Virus record (IMG/VR): IMGVR_UViG_3300027762_000294
Span: 11,469 to 75,468 of that record
From: a virus
Reading direction: 5' to 3' (one strand)
Length of the DNA stretch: 64,000 bases
The position numbers and the translations under genes were made by a program. Below are positions 39,401-44,967 of the stretch, in pieces. The notes below the pieces were generated by a model. The model did not search any database. It was not told where the DNA came from and saw nothing but the letters and a program-made list of their open reading frames with translations. Every line of letters begins with the position of its first letter. Positions within the stretch are counted from its first letter, which is position 1.

Positions 39401-41676
39401 TTAATTTTAAAAATCATCATGGTCAAATTATCATAAAACTGTTGATTTGCCTCCCTATTATGGTTTAACGCTTGATTATAAGAATTAGTTTGAGTTATAA
39501 CAGCTGCTATAATTGAAGGAAGCCGCTCTGCAAATACAGTCCCTAACTTAACATCAAATACCATCAACATTGAAGCAAATAATGAAGTTGCCCCTAACTT
39601 TGCTAAATTAAAAGCTTTTATTACGGGCATAAACCCGGCTAACCATGTAGATATAATAGCAACATCAAATGTTGATTTAAATTCCCCAAATTCAATTCCC
39701 AACAGTAAGAAATCAGTTATTAATGAGGATAATATAACACGTAGCAATATGAAATTTGTAAATATTTCATTCAGTGCCACTACTTCTTGTTTTGAATTAC
39801 GCATAAAAACGATAGGGGTTGCGTTAATCTTTTTGGCATTCTCTAAGATGTTGCCTTGAGCTAGTATCACTTTCAAAAAAGGACCTACATAATTGTCTTC
39901 ACTAAGATAGTTATTAAGTCTCATTAAGGTAAAAAACATTTTGATCTTTGACAAAACAACCATCATCAAAGCTGCTAACTTTGACATTTGCACACCCATC
40001 AACACTAAGAGTGAAACAGATGTTTTTTGGGAATGTATGATTTGGAGCCAGATTGTAACAATCGCAACTTTTTCATAAAATAGAAACATCGTTGACGACA
40101 AATCTAAGACACTCAAATGTAACAAATTTAATTGATGAAACAAATAAACTATGTTGTTATACATAGCATTGTTTAATACCAAAATTTTTGCAGTTGCACC
40201 CGGTATTGTGTAATAGAATAACACCAATTTACCGATAGTTGTTAAAGTGTTACCTACCCCAATTCCCAACTTTCTAAAATAGGTTTCAATACCGTCAGTT
40301 CGTCTGTAAAGTAAGTCCACCTTTTGCAATGCTGTAACATACGCTTGTAAATGGGTATTCATAGTTGAGGCATTAATAACCCAATTATCGATTAACGTCA
40401 TAGTCAGAAATCTGTTAATTCCAGTTTTGAAAATCTCTAAAGAATTATTCAATGACTCCAAACTTGATTTAACCCTATTTAAAGTTCTAGCCATCAAAAA
40501 CGTAGCATATATTGTATAGGTTCCTATGTTTTTCAACAACGTAACTATCATCAACCCTACTTGTCTAGCATCATTAGTAACCCCTCTCAAAATGATGGAA
40601 ATAATCCCATATTGGTGTTTAATAGGGTTTATAAATCCTGCAAAAAAAATCTTTGCGTCATTTTGAAGTCTGAGCATTGTTTTTTCACTAGCCGACAGAT
40701 TAACCCCGATGGGATTTTCTTCAAAATAATTTTCAATTACATCATTCAAGGCTTTGAGAGTATTCACATCAATCGGCATAACTCTTGGTAATAATCTGAT
40801 TCCATAATCTTTAATATTAGTTTTGAATTGTTGGTATTCATCCCGCTTTGTACTTTTAGATTCCCGACTCCGTATATAGTCTACCTTATCCTCTAATTCA
40901 TCCCAGTCAATAGGGTTAAAAAAACTTTTCTTAGTTGTCGATCGGTACTCTTCAATTAATTCCTTCAACCCTCCTTGGTAGTCATTAACAGATTTACCCG
41001 CCTTAAGCATATGATCCGTGAGACCCTCTACTTCATTATTGATTTTCTTTAAATCCGCGGATTGTTCTCTCAAATTAGTTAAATACGCCGTGATTAAGTC
41101 AGCATCAAAACCCAACGTATATGCCTTCATGAAATGTTCTTTGTTACGAACGTTTTCATCTTTTAAAATTAACATCAATAGTCTAAATTCTTTGATGTGC
41201 TCAGATGCAACGTTTATACTCCTCACTATGGAGTCATCTAAGTATGATGAGTTTTTTACGGTTTCTCTAATAGAATACCCAAAAGTCTTACTAAATGTAC
41301 TCAACTCTTTAATATATTCCCCTATATCCCCAACACTATCCTCAACTCTTAAATCGGTTGTTAACTCTTTGATGATGTCCGCATACGACATGCCTGTTTT
41401 GGACTTAATCTGGTCTACTAAATCTACAATAACACTACGTTCTTTTTGGTATATTTTCGCAAGTTTGTCAATTTCTTTGTGTATATCAAAAAATCCCAAA
41501 GCCTCTACCGAGGGTGACATCAATTGGGTTAAAGATTTTTTAGCATTTTTCAACGCTGTTAAATCAAAATCAAATTTTATTTTAAACTCATTATCAAAGA
41601 TAGACGACAAAGACTTGCCGATTTTATCAAGCCCTCGCTCCTCAAAATTAAGCCTTACACTTTCGGTTATTAACAT
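18442..41676 (-). CDS. Giant tape measure protein (7,744 aa) with internal lytic transglycosylase and NlpC/P60 domains
   Basis: Long helical/coiled-coil composition, many hydrophobic segments in the first ~2,300 aa; LESS...YGVYQMG...HNQGPGG; IDCSGWVS...DHIVMV; C-terminal YEVGTSYV...AEIHKGEIIV typical of TMPs; AAGGAGG RBS. Confidence 0.85.
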   Translation of the reverse strand: MLITESVRLNFEERGLDKIGKSLSSIFDNEFKIKFDFDLTALKNAKKSLTQLMSPSVEALGFFDIHKEIDKLAKIYQKERSVIVDLVDQIKSKTGMSYADIIKELTTDLRVEDSVGDIGEYIKELSTFSKTFGYSIRETVKNSSYLDDSIVRSINVASEHIKEFRLLMLILKDENVRNKEHFMKAYTLGFDADLITAYLTNLREQSADLKKINNEVEGLTDHMLKAGKSVNDYQGGLKELIEEYRSTTKKSFFNPIDWDELEDKVDYIRSRESKSTKRDEYQQFKTNIKDYGIRLLPRVMPIDVNTLKALNDVIENYFEENPIGVNLSASEKTMLRLQNDAKIFFAGFINPIKHQYGIISIILRGVTNDARQVGLMIVTLLKNIGTYTIYATFLMARTLNRVKSSLESLNNSLEIFKTGINRFLTMTLIDNWVINASTMNTHLQAYVTALQKVDLLYRRTDGIETYFRKLGIGVGNTLTTIGKLVLFYYTIPGATAKILVLNNAMYNNIVYLFHQLNLLHLSVLDLSSTMFLFYEKVAIVTIWLQIIHSQKTSVSLLVLMGVQMSKLAALMMVVLSKIKMFFTLMRLNNYLSEDNYVGPFLKVILAQGNILENAKKINATPIVFMRNSKQEVVALNEIFTNFILLRVILSSLITDFLLLGIEFGEFKSTFDVAIISTWLAGFMPVIKAFNLAKLGATSLFASMLMVFDVKLGTVFAERLPSIIAAVITQTNSYNQALNHNREANQQFYDNLTMMIFKIKLSGQHIVAVITKIQGSFTALSKIALPLHTILSYGAMIATVIQLLNLTTVLSLFVEIEMFYKFVVDLVLSYTKLVTDGINVLFSEFKKLHTVQGAITYDPNVTVPVESLKKLTLYTLLFNNLSKATKQTAFILSTVDLSIKSLHGVYSTNLKDPPITVDKWFPEEDLKSLTLQLKFLGVVFSNTRALLRGGLYTTLMLKEDKEGLKADVESVSTNFQKLAIDVLNALGGPVSLIKSIEALDTKGLSLFVIKVSDELAASLTRLFIISSSFSSTGISMFFVSSILDYGDALEGLPAKMALLGVAMLHFGGYVRGASLLVGGLVTNISYLSSMGEDVYTLEALGSVIMNMFRELNTVLSTGSNSLIATTALLKTLFTLSGKALSAPAMLLGQTVGAIYRINQGISGLTTGLRDFQIWFYEGFTNFRAYILIVAGIFIKMTTVTPPAITLLGRFVSFLKPVLTFANMYKTLLVGLFVLKDLGKLEFIDNNAFTSLMLYIAALMKFGFGLKSLIVPVLTYVALWMNDLYQKADSFEDFYTNLLPAEVVEIFHKRLSDVSNIIVFLLDSLAAIVAKVSTYIGPLISFFNSIFNVIEGIASFVDNNFTLSITILIAALAMLGQALLKTHKGAIGLKTALSSSIPSVSIKTLGMEAYYKDITSKINAANKSGNTLLAKTLEDNRREMGQKILASFSAANIEKVNKSFETQRSILMPSTGSYRDIIGGQAKAGEFLKGPDNSKLAALTKDLLNYKGDMTKIQSLIGSIHPHVGLDRQGKPIWQYPEKDVNKIANSLKEFYKIPQNVYDKVMADNPKNVDKIMKGLSKEFGRDIKLLTDPKIIRDAFKTLTGESLTSVRDTAGKFNANFYRDYKAELLQKSLDIKLQTSVLTATKDVSDPKTNEGKASIAAQQAKLASMLEERKILEENSKVQERYNSTIGNSVKTTGVFSGAVAQVGAVVKGFGQSVVTATSGILGMVKSQMVSIAIMGAVMYMMGPIVEILKALASTIMNAVIPSMTLALIVLSAFISPVLAVVNVIILLNNSWSQSLTYIGFLTAALALLKIGMLSTMLPLLALVSAIGLLVTAVLSFEKSLPIAVLMLFFATISFQTYSLIRQGKSLAQVFLIIRNAIHLNFLKSIVLITQHSKSLMGVISQLTAVLKVLGLIMSMTFSTVGLKFTPLISALTYIVQIMGSVKSSFVSLGALNPFAKWTLGIAAVMTGWLSLESTMNKAHASELGFVSAAPGNSVVDMGLRNYQQFKDKKNSAQIIEEVNKYVSYNLQETVTVDLENLDVTMLERVGQLFDTISNKIKSLNIGFLDIVSVITVVGMAFFKVSNPLGIIAALFSVMSPLIVNFAKQVDNLSLVIMGLSLLTIAQSGYLSVMFGKYKMIFLIVGAITGIFLKDTPNVLMLLAALTAAVILLHKTMVGFQKGNKLFTMLTTLPTLVLAVASAFYSFIKVIEDMSFDQLTESLGKYGEALKNLILEYSGYNAVMSYFEEPIPQTVTLIADDTILKKEMLKKRYEILVEPQLVKTVDVSVEPPVKSRNQFEDIYQLNNKMKASKQEEVQGIKRVEYTEQYTKLTDQLTKLEDFIKAGYLNTKASIDTTRQIRSLKDERDLVTKQAKGVGLDLNPKIAYEVNNNLIKGFVKSLDISNDEFYTLMFEKFKSADHLLNTQLKRMKSPMSGEGLDLKQEDVNKNLSMLRTKAVLQFKDFFLEEISKSNDDAKEFINLATEFKKEKAVESNLKAEVNNYISKLDPNLVSKILGKESEFKQVRDSMTQTQNQLNTRYAKTGASVGVAIDFDIDIDKLKTEEPKRYQALLGVLKQEAIKVGNLSMTSLLDEYDRISAATLGKLETVIQKDHAKLDLNNLSTSVRITDNFLRKTKLLDITNATSELQKHNTKVNTKDSGNFFTRLFSKDEGYVAGKLANEGMKVKYAIQPDIDIKAFNEALKDGDFSADTLLGDTKKKVEDILKSINSDVSLAIKKAGSQLTASEVNQIETDVTLTYMIKTGLRFDDKVYKDLNDAADAITKQENLINFEIDAILKKTASMGRKTQSQTAKLTELQSRKTVEEVVGFLGIEDGMKKLESATEFSLGVMGDIQSKIASSFSSAKDLIKIDPTASLKIAKMGVDNVAKMTMMLDDEILNLKEVIEYKGVQYSIEEQMELKQLETKRALLASQQVIGSTLIKDSEKELEKLAEVVKSNPITKFLNNWVGKRETGGVHAEMLGKIKSVKEFFKLEITSLSENLVLRPTFKVDPSSLTNIKDVYKVYEKTQQIGIEHIQSKVMEGLTEQEKFLAEKMKDMVVRTEKEGEELRNSLIKAFSLGSMMTLKNKTKNMSRERVESDNDKLNIANQLTNKDIFSDEERESLKYDLSSAMMIESAADAYKTYISNESNINDLIFKRLKFSREEVDLIKQKIESQGKLKELYELTNKFKHSEYDYIGDESVKASFLYKDTIGDSGLSTDEAAGLENTIIQNKLTTLRNAIKSEVFDKMSELDKLKLMLTNFGKDANEIQEIVSSYQADLREAYQTKLKNFDIFEGVGNELTGLVKSGVVDVESYERTKELEHSNVLYKTMTSSLTGLIKFEANSLNLSKEKTEELIQTAKLREDELSFLKSVVDLENKQSTTTSLGRTVSQEYLKPLLNSPKLSVDDNARNVIYQEMLNEETDKLTAVQLGREGALLELVAGRLNLSKEEIRAIQTKKEETEQLIMLSEAENSYAKELKFNLAEVGSSLTKILTLKGGSVGMIAELNDVGFDKAELEARLSTKAGELNYQLDLVKATKEEREAILQNYKARTKDVDLLKQKAAFQEELVKPIDTVGTNLNQGFKAGLISQGELGALAVSREEEKGAGILRDMALNRELLTASQQQALDVAEKKTKILEKEKTRLEEINELSSKRIELTEYLNNQTISLAKNETNFIDQFISERGNLKNSLEDMKQNLSGKSRDGEKTSSQLFGPNVDLSKLNEAQKQSAEILTRQYNTLTQITAQYEKRKSLLTELKDTEKFESKKWDDQLRWQSEEYKKMKDHLKATNKRMTKEEDIFELSDRVFSYKIEVDGDVDKITQTIDLIRELKNVGKNDEDIGNVFEQLKSRMGRLNTEIFKPEAPRVYGDEVKNVVKGLKDLKAGVNEVDTLNIFKTVKDITDDRPERKSATVKDVRNKMKEYTDEFEKLDENKKKHAPSISEDLNKLNELTKSWAEFNTELDNSLGSRIESFRSWIDSVTEAVSSFFSTLLDTGNFDDAVKVIHDFTKKQFNAFLLEGLMKQLKPVIYDVSGGQEITNEIETNRVNFQNYLTTLNEKSTEFINAQLLTLKGVSDQGSEKILTSFTKEREQIASAGNAALKAGNKGLEDSFINPLKDQQAAMLETLKNQTAHMKSVLENNISKLGNIETGQVKMDIDFNKIFDTKEFTSLLKPKDIETLKVNTGVVNQIIQKVAGDNKTLVEEANKFLSENGTMKTMTDNLPKASKELQDVLKSNLLDPIEKTKTELTNVAKGSDALTKEVNDIMSAYPDLTSISKALETSSEGAKKVIEERLKNVAIFEGNPLNTKTLEKVKFNITEIEKRFKEFGNGQEDVIAEATKLLQANPDVTSIKNAFGAATGGVKDLIDKAIMEPLKNTEKYLAPLEEMKPADIVDPLDEMIKTLEEIERNKPKTFDIQNAVINVANSSSSYSGSSSESSDSEFTPQGGPVAGITGKVVYKSGIDPEVIKAIEKVSLAYGINPIEFARKASLESSFNKKARSGGGKGSYYGVYQMGKPAWEEVGMRDFAGGRYDPYKSAEAAMKYYFKNQKTVGTKTMSEARNLGIKEGQMAWGMHNQGPGGFKNIVNLLMGRTGKVPKEYLIKNIPAAYLKQNKLGYGSDLRALSDAWLKSWGGKWEKLPVPIEFKKYEAGLKESVGAIQTAAPVVVTNTKTALLDNLSGEVDKAMSAKVGYFINAGKNAISNYSKPESMEKLLEVKKIDCSGWVSLLAQKSFETINSQAGKTVFGPEDFKAVKDSAHGIIQNIADATGNVKISDVGQHASLTNTLKEGDIIGIDNGDRAYSRGRARAGSNIDKDIDHIVMVIKDAVTNKLMVTESSSSKKGVIKTDLEDWMKAQEKNKLFVVNPMVKAVNDPTIDAFKNVDLTPFKEQMKGIGEAGEQQASLMNDQLKLIEDQKKKSDEVLYKVGQDQGKALESVLEAHSEANANFLESTLTHSELSKQAQDAEIAASLQRGEDVKRAWQNFALGALSSITQSGASNTQKFGGIAVAGLSTAAATMLPPGIKEIAGPAIQILGNALLGKLGAKYEKEASWTEKTISDEGVTARTVNRMSKKGLGGTKTKEEYEELSGAQMRELNKSFEALKKSIEEFGSSLIGGYSEANEKLKGHTFTISSMYDRGSEQDAWNNKMEELSKATALSYYFNNLTVAGENMTNGMVDTYNVIAQQLNDGTLGIKNRMSVWDGALSKMPRGEALVQKFSSALGGLTEVNVDSVIAAMKTAGYSDIGQETAEIIVKQLETSRAIITESLTSGEYDIMDAGLKKIIDKTITDSLTLIDDEMMTAEDMQEKLKGLVDLGKFYQKIGLTMGDINPDDIDTGQNLTDFLELVGKSGDVNYTRSNKVVADIFEDAGEELPKSIGDVSRFFETITDGRENLINAGTELKQYFESMNMLKEINQSTNFNRDFETGDLDNFGTEKLNKFIDVFKTTDNIKPFQDLSDLFSSLGQSLPLTKAGFIDVFNSLDETGQNSLINAADHVEQFYANLSELGVKDNLTSSSILTQYENLAEAFTGQDFSIDSLSDWNQLSLEFKELSSLTPGLTNALSEYGTTSQKLTANMQSSLSNLDWGAMLTNWEESGPEAITQQMNQAIFNAGVEQISTIIQDNFISPLMSSNIDMMMGGQVAGTALTTGGLAAANSLASIVDQVKGVISITQQVLNDPEVQKQMLEFATTVSSIKDDLRPVATSVGIDARTRKQLDEAQAASNQSDMAEADTQRAEEAREAAEDARQQQAEADQQAREDAATRAKEEADRLKSDHEAFINAFKEITNAGVNQQRKFWEQLRPTIDLSAGLTPLVNTWSSNFKKLQEAARKEEGNNTTIQGRDLSPLQKEAEVIKARRVRLESQNASINETIEKARATGGMTQVTKTPYGTEHIEQIKEFSISDYNSQFAMIDENNKKIKELNLHQSVVLAGFGEFWNEFSVAMPEAVDMSTFEDWLKANKNVVAKVDEIEQVDVSVSLEEFNTQLGDFIKQMKEIDASLEKARVDIGDSKTGVLKGSQWTESKSLTELESFLANDALNLTNLMYEGIIPYEDVSSFISDASNKIMGVNQEWLAYNKSKVMDVSPLITFMRDKTLDNYAVLGTFKDSLQEVDKLLSDSVTEEVPYKELFEFTTNKTIDNFEAFMLASKNNMELLTNNPLADIFAEVKEPVVLPVDLLNKWSNAKTYETFSELLKVYNNDVASLTEVLKNTDLSKVSIQPKKEEIDPLKNLTSSQFLNLDALATLKDFYNSDIERFNAAVDDKNAWIKDTQKVIDDSKLGTPKFSLTLGLPQLQSMLTDWSLVEWEQFKIDSNYSGELSELVGVVKETYTQLNSVFENRDVKKLESDMETYYYQIKDNLSFDNITDYIESSSFVDKGKLSDLLGGKLLEDFKEPIELSLLKIQDELRKTEPPVIDDALKELGLNWEATADNLNILLAKGLDPTTVINVVKDYNSELEDLQNKLDNLKKPKPIEVSNLLFDFDYTSLERLNTITLEQIKYVSDTYGISLENITTELENAKSSLEEVASTQIASFQDLIDLRKSMKDHGKISLDETWDMRGGFTVLKDALSLSELGLIDLANSLEKTPVEVYDFIQDKAKVALERQKQFDDFLTTSIEKLKGDKPPEVETYFRNEGITSVDKMRNRLESLKGTDVIEKFGNANLDDLSSATDTYLTWLLDTTKSLDEAVKEFKGDDAFNTYTLLDKDALLAKATEFRNNLPTQSEIDKLTEAFSFNVEFENWKKDMLSTGDDNLVIQSVRDFGDLSIERIHHLAETLNLTIEEVQTEISRTKDRFNEIKSAVTDSFAGFINDEVKFDTTDPKLIGIGFKNTFLSWINGALPSNEEFQEWQQILEVKKGHVEWLKSLKTSEELIDPSKLKDIKFLEYSDIVNLSEKYNVSLDTVKSSIESTKSWFEEMNGLVTDALIKPQTPDITMYKSYTSKNNFDLNGIINSMSKDGLDSTQIKLGVEELLKPWVELAEENTTLISTIESYTAPKKIDLSERVGEIERLTQEINDLRSSITNVTKEEVKPSYLENPIRFLENIKLDLEKLKAKIDELTSSYENTRGVIEGHLKTLNNTPDSNPFKAIEDKAQSLMDAYTDLVNKNKEVMDSINNAINELDPVLSPVDNLKKIRDDNLADFQKGLEKEKETLQNASDSKIAILEQEMENIRSILDSFAGKTKDLTRQIMELRNQQPSKDTAYQALKSSIQNISDSNIIEENYSEYYNILQKEHEEKLAMIDEELSAKQQALDDYKQMLEDIAAKAKETIHNMTMSEDAALSFGEREAYIKSEIQTARANKDYSKEIDFIQEYNGLMREGYASGDKYIEAFHSNIARLRELENVQASADNVTKLSGDVTLAEAKKMEANEAYAAQLISLRELINGTAHMGVKMDEVKLEVQTEKDALVAALAALDESLKVEEARLNEILKTELITLRDQTRENQERQESVLKLETDRELNLLLGESKKVYDLELLKLQAQIDNTNILLLNQGYFESLITTAKETTQSINLLPDNFGRVVENAILRETPADLSQLTQLREMTTLLKVIADKSPIINVNATIPTEAVTKVASIQQTSIAAVTKVASIQQTSTAVAPKVTPVQPAVMSSQVQIPKSIQTDVAALKNELDRAQRYGKTLFGGSVEAREKNNVYIAELEKRLKAMGSYEVGTSYVAENQVAEIHKGEIIVDPKSSEVLRKYGIKVEPMKVNQPGDNLNLNKVENLLERQLDVQIKTLVATNKIGAPKASERLPPREVKSIRR
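18948..19026 (-). repeat. 42-bp period in-frame duplication (AVTKVASIQQTS twice) near the TMP C-terminus
   Basis: TAGAGGTTTGTTGTATTGATGCAACCTTAGTGACTGC at 18948 and 18990. Confidence 0.9.
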
Positions 41677-41717
41677 AAAATTAGCCTCCTTCTTAATCCA
41701 AGAAAAGAAAAAAAATA

Positions 41718-42197
41718 TTATACATAGTTTTTAGCATCAACCGACAATTCTAGTTTGTTGATGTTGTCTCCTGTCACTGTCAATTTACGAGACTTTATGA
41801 CACCGTAGAGATAAGGGGATACAAATATTCGCTTTCCTACATTCAATTCAGGGACGTTCATGATAACAACATCCACATCCAAAATAATCACGGTCATCTC
41901 ATTTTTCCAGGCTAGAATTCGGTAATCATACATTGTCGATTCAGACCAGTCCTGGTGTAAATTGAAATCAGGTTCGTAATATCCCACATAAGGCAACTCA
42001 AGCATGTATTCTACTGAAAACATCGGACCCGTGCTCTCTAAATCATAACCCCCTAATTGAGACTCATTAACATTCAAAAATTTAGCAGTCTTGCTCTTTT
42101 CCATAGGAAACATTGAAAATGGAAAAAAGAACAATGGGACCGTATAATTACCGGGTCTTGGTTTATCTGCTATCGCATAAATTTTACCGTTTATCAT
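41718..42197 (-). CDS. Putative tail protein (159 aa)
   Basis: Position in the tail operon and beta-rich composition; no motif. Confidence 0.45.
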   Translation of the reverse strand: MINGKIYAIADKPRPGNYTVPLFFFPFSMFPMEKSKTAKFLNVNESQLGGYDLESTGPMFSVEYMLELPYVGYYEPDFNLHQDWSESTMYDYRILAWKNEMTVIILDVDVVIMNVPELNVGKRIFVSPYLYGVIKSRKLTVTGDNINKLELSVDAKNYV

Positions 42198-44725
42198 ATT
42201 AAATACCTAACCATTTTGTAAGTCATATCTCTTGTGAATGGGTTCATTGAATAACCCGTAACATCATAATATTCCCCACCCGCCCCCTCAACATGCCAAG
42301 TCAACTCATAAGGTTCGTATAACGGGTTTATCATTTTACAGGTATAATGTTTAGCTGGAGCATAATAACTAAAAGCTGTACTACTTGCACTACCACCGTG
42401 TGTAATTTCATTAGCCGGGGTTGTTACTGTTGAAATATCCCTCGGTGTGAGAGTTACCGTGGCAGTATCCGCGCGTTCTTTTTCCATAACCAACGTATTT
42501 ATAGATGAATACTTAGCGTCGGTATTTATTGTATATCTGACATATCGTTTTGTGAGTGTCCAATGTGATTGAGTTCCTACAGGTATACTTGTTGCTAATG
42601 TTGAGGGTGAAGTATTTGCATAATAACTGACTGCTAAAATGCTTTTATACCCCTCGTTTAAATGTACTAGCTTGATGTAAGGCGCGTCAGTTATACCTGT
42701 GGGACGCGTAACTTTTCTGCATGTATAAAAATGTATACCATAGAACGAACTTATAGGAACCCTGTAGACTGCCGAAACCAACCCATGAAGGTAAAGTTGA
42801 GAAACTTTAGCCAAAGCTAACATTTTATGTCGGGTTGAGTTTATAATCTCTAACACGTTGGTTGTTTCTCTATATATGTTGTTACGGAGATAATGGCTGT
42901 CTTCGTTAACGATAAACGCGGTATCCATTTCTGTAATTCGCTTTATGAAATCCCAATCTTTAGAGGGATGATTTTTAAGTAAGTAGGCTTTAAGTGCAAT
43001 AAAATTGTCGATTTTGGTAGGAATTTCATATCGATACACACTATTATAAGTCGCCGAATTTGAAGAAGCCCCCTCAACAGAACACAATAAATAATTTATG
43101 TAAAGAGAAGATAACCCTGATAAAAAGGTTGTTAACCCGGTGCCACTCCCACTCGTAAAGCTATAAATTTTATTGACCCCTAATGTAAGGTCCCAATAAT
43201 ACGCCTCTCCGGCGGTAACCCACCCTGCTAAAATTTCCATCCTCCCTGATAAAACAGCGGTTGCTGTCGTGTAGTTATTCTCTCCTTTAGCCCAATTCAA
43301 GGGACTAACCAGTAAATACTCCCTACTATTAAACCCCGCACCAGCAGGACTTCTAAGAGCTTGTAATTCAGGGGTTACTTTTATAACTCTTCCACCGGGT
43401 TTAAGAAAATTGTCTGATGAATTTCCCGGAATATACGCTGTTTCATAACCAGAACAAGCGGTATACGAAACCGTTCCAGCGGGTTTACTATAAAGACTTA
43501 TTTGATAAGCGTTTATCTTCAGCCAACCGGTAGACGCAGAGGAAAGCTTAATGCCATTATCATATACACATAAAGCCTTATCGTGGTTCGTAGAACCTGG
43601 TATACATCCATACCAACTAATGGTACCTTCTGGAAAATCAAAAGAATAAACATATCGCCCCCCCGTTATTCCCACATATTTTGCCTCATGAACCTGGTGC
43701 CCTGATAAATAAGCTAACTCTGGAAAGTTTTGATTATAAACTTCTAAAGAAGGCAACAACTCTAGAGTGTACTCGGCATTTTCAGTGCCTAAATCATCAC
43801 TGGACAACCCCTGTATTAAATAAAACCGTTCATAATTCATCATATAATGACTGGGATACTCACACCTTCTGAAACCCTCATTTACAGGATAATAATGAAA
43901 CTGATTTTTTTGCACAAAGTCAAAAGGAAACCTATTATTAGATTGCCATAACGAATTCGATAAATTTACATAACTTCTGTAGTTGTTTGAGTCTCCAATA
44001 ATACCTAACGGTAAAGGATTATACCAATAGTTATATGTAGTTACGGTTCCGCCATCATAAGGATTACCATAATCCACAAATTTAAAGCCCAACCCAAAGT
44101 TTTCCTTTGATAACTCAAAATTGGGGATTTTAGACTCGAAAGTAATCGAAAATCCTGAATATGTCACTGCCCGAGTTTCAGGATCCATGTAATTATAACT
44201 TTCCTCCCCATTTACACTCAATAACACCCCTAAAGTGTAGGGAACGTTTATCGAATTTACAGTGGTGTTTTTAGCTCTATAGCTAGCATCTGTTGCAATT
44301 CTGAAATTGACAAACGTTGAGGTGTGTACCAAAGTATCAATGTCATACGTGCGGGGAATACTAGGGGTGCCTCTAATAATCAAGTCCACAAAACAAGGGC
44401 ATCTGACATTGTCAGTAGTTGTGTCATAACAATTTAAACGGGGAGATATAAACCCCTCGTTTCCCAGCCGCTTTTGAAAAAAGATTGTGGTCTCAATCAA
44501 CCCGTTGAAATTGTCATTATGAAGCGAGCCTGCTTTAAACCCCCGAAAAAAATATTTAACTCCTGTTGTTGGATGAGTCCATTCCCTATATTGAATTGAC
44601 ACTCGAAAACCCATCCATAGATCTTGTAATTGCCAATATGTAAGTAAACAGGTAACATCTAACCTCTGCTCCCCACAACGTGGATTCTCACCTAAATCAC
44701 TCACCTCTTCTTTCAAAATAATCAT
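42194..44725 (-). CDS. Putative tail tip/hub protein (843 aa)
   Basis: Tyr/Thr/Gly-rich, beta-strand-like large protein in the tail operon. Confidence 0.5.
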   Translation of the reverse strand: MIILKEEVSDLGENPRCGEQRLDVTCLLTYWQLQDLWMGFRVSIQYREWTHPTTGVKYFFRGFKAGSLHNDNFNGLIETTIFFQKRLGNEGFISPRLNCYDTTTDNVRCPCFVDLIIRGTPSIPRTYDIDTLVHTSTFVNFRIATDASYRAKNTTVNSINVPYTLGVLLSVNGEESYNYMDPETRAVTYSGFSITFESKIPNFELSKENFGLGFKFVDYGNPYDGGTVTTYNYWYNPLPLGIIGDSNNYRSYVNLSNSLWQSNNRFPFDFVQKNQFHYYPVNEGFRRCEYPSHYMMNYERFYLIQGLSSDDLGTENAEYTLELLPSLEVYNQNFPELAYLSGHQVHEAKYVGITGGRYVYSFDFPEGTISWYGCIPGSTNHDKALCVYDNGIKLSSASTGWLKINAYQISLYSKPAGTVSYTACSGYETAYIPGNSSDNFLKPGGRVIKVTPELQALRSPAGAGFNSREYLLVSPLNWAKGENNYTTATAVLSGRMEILAGWVTAGEAYYWDLTLGVNKIYSFTSGSGTGLTTFLSGLSSLYINYLLCSVEGASSNSATYNSVYRYEIPTKIDNFIALKAYLLKNHPSKDWDFIKRITEMDTAFIVNEDSHYLRNNIYRETTNVLEIINSTRHKMLALAKVSQLYLHGLVSAVYRVPISSFYGIHFYTCRKVTRPTGITDAPYIKLVHLNEGYKSILAVSYYANTSPSTLATSIPVGTQSHWTLTKRYVRYTINTDAKYSSINTLVMEKERADTATVTLTPRDISTVTTPANEITHGGSASSTAFSYYAPAKHYTCKMINPLYEPYELTWHVEGAGGEYYDVTGYSMNPFTRDMTYKMVRYLI

Positions 44726-44967
44726 GGTTTTGCAATCTCCCCTATGACAGATTCCGGATGAAGTTTATCCACTAAAATATTCCCCCCTTTATCTCCTAAC
44801 AAAAAAACAACAACTAATACTAAACCATACCTTTTGAATGTAGTTAACTCCTCTTTTAAACTCCTGATTTCATAAGTCATTCCCTCGAGTTTACTTCTAA
44901 TGTCCCTATGATCCTGAAGAAGACTATCCACTGTATCTGACAATTCTTTAACTGTTAAGTTTCCCAT
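44722..44967 (-). CDS. Holin-like protein (coiled coil plus one TM)
   Basis: Directly follows the endolysin; heptad region then YGLVLVVVFLLG. Confidence 0.55.
   Translation of the reverse strand: MGNLTVKELSDTVDSLLQDHRDIRSKLEGMTYEIRSLKEELTTFKRYGLVLVVVFLLGDKGGNILVDKLHPESVIGEIAKP

Noticed and set aside
20168-41734. Many plus-strand ORFs opposite the TMP
   Set aside because: Ser/Phe/Leu-rich shadow frames of a Lys/Glu-rich antisense gene, with no motifs
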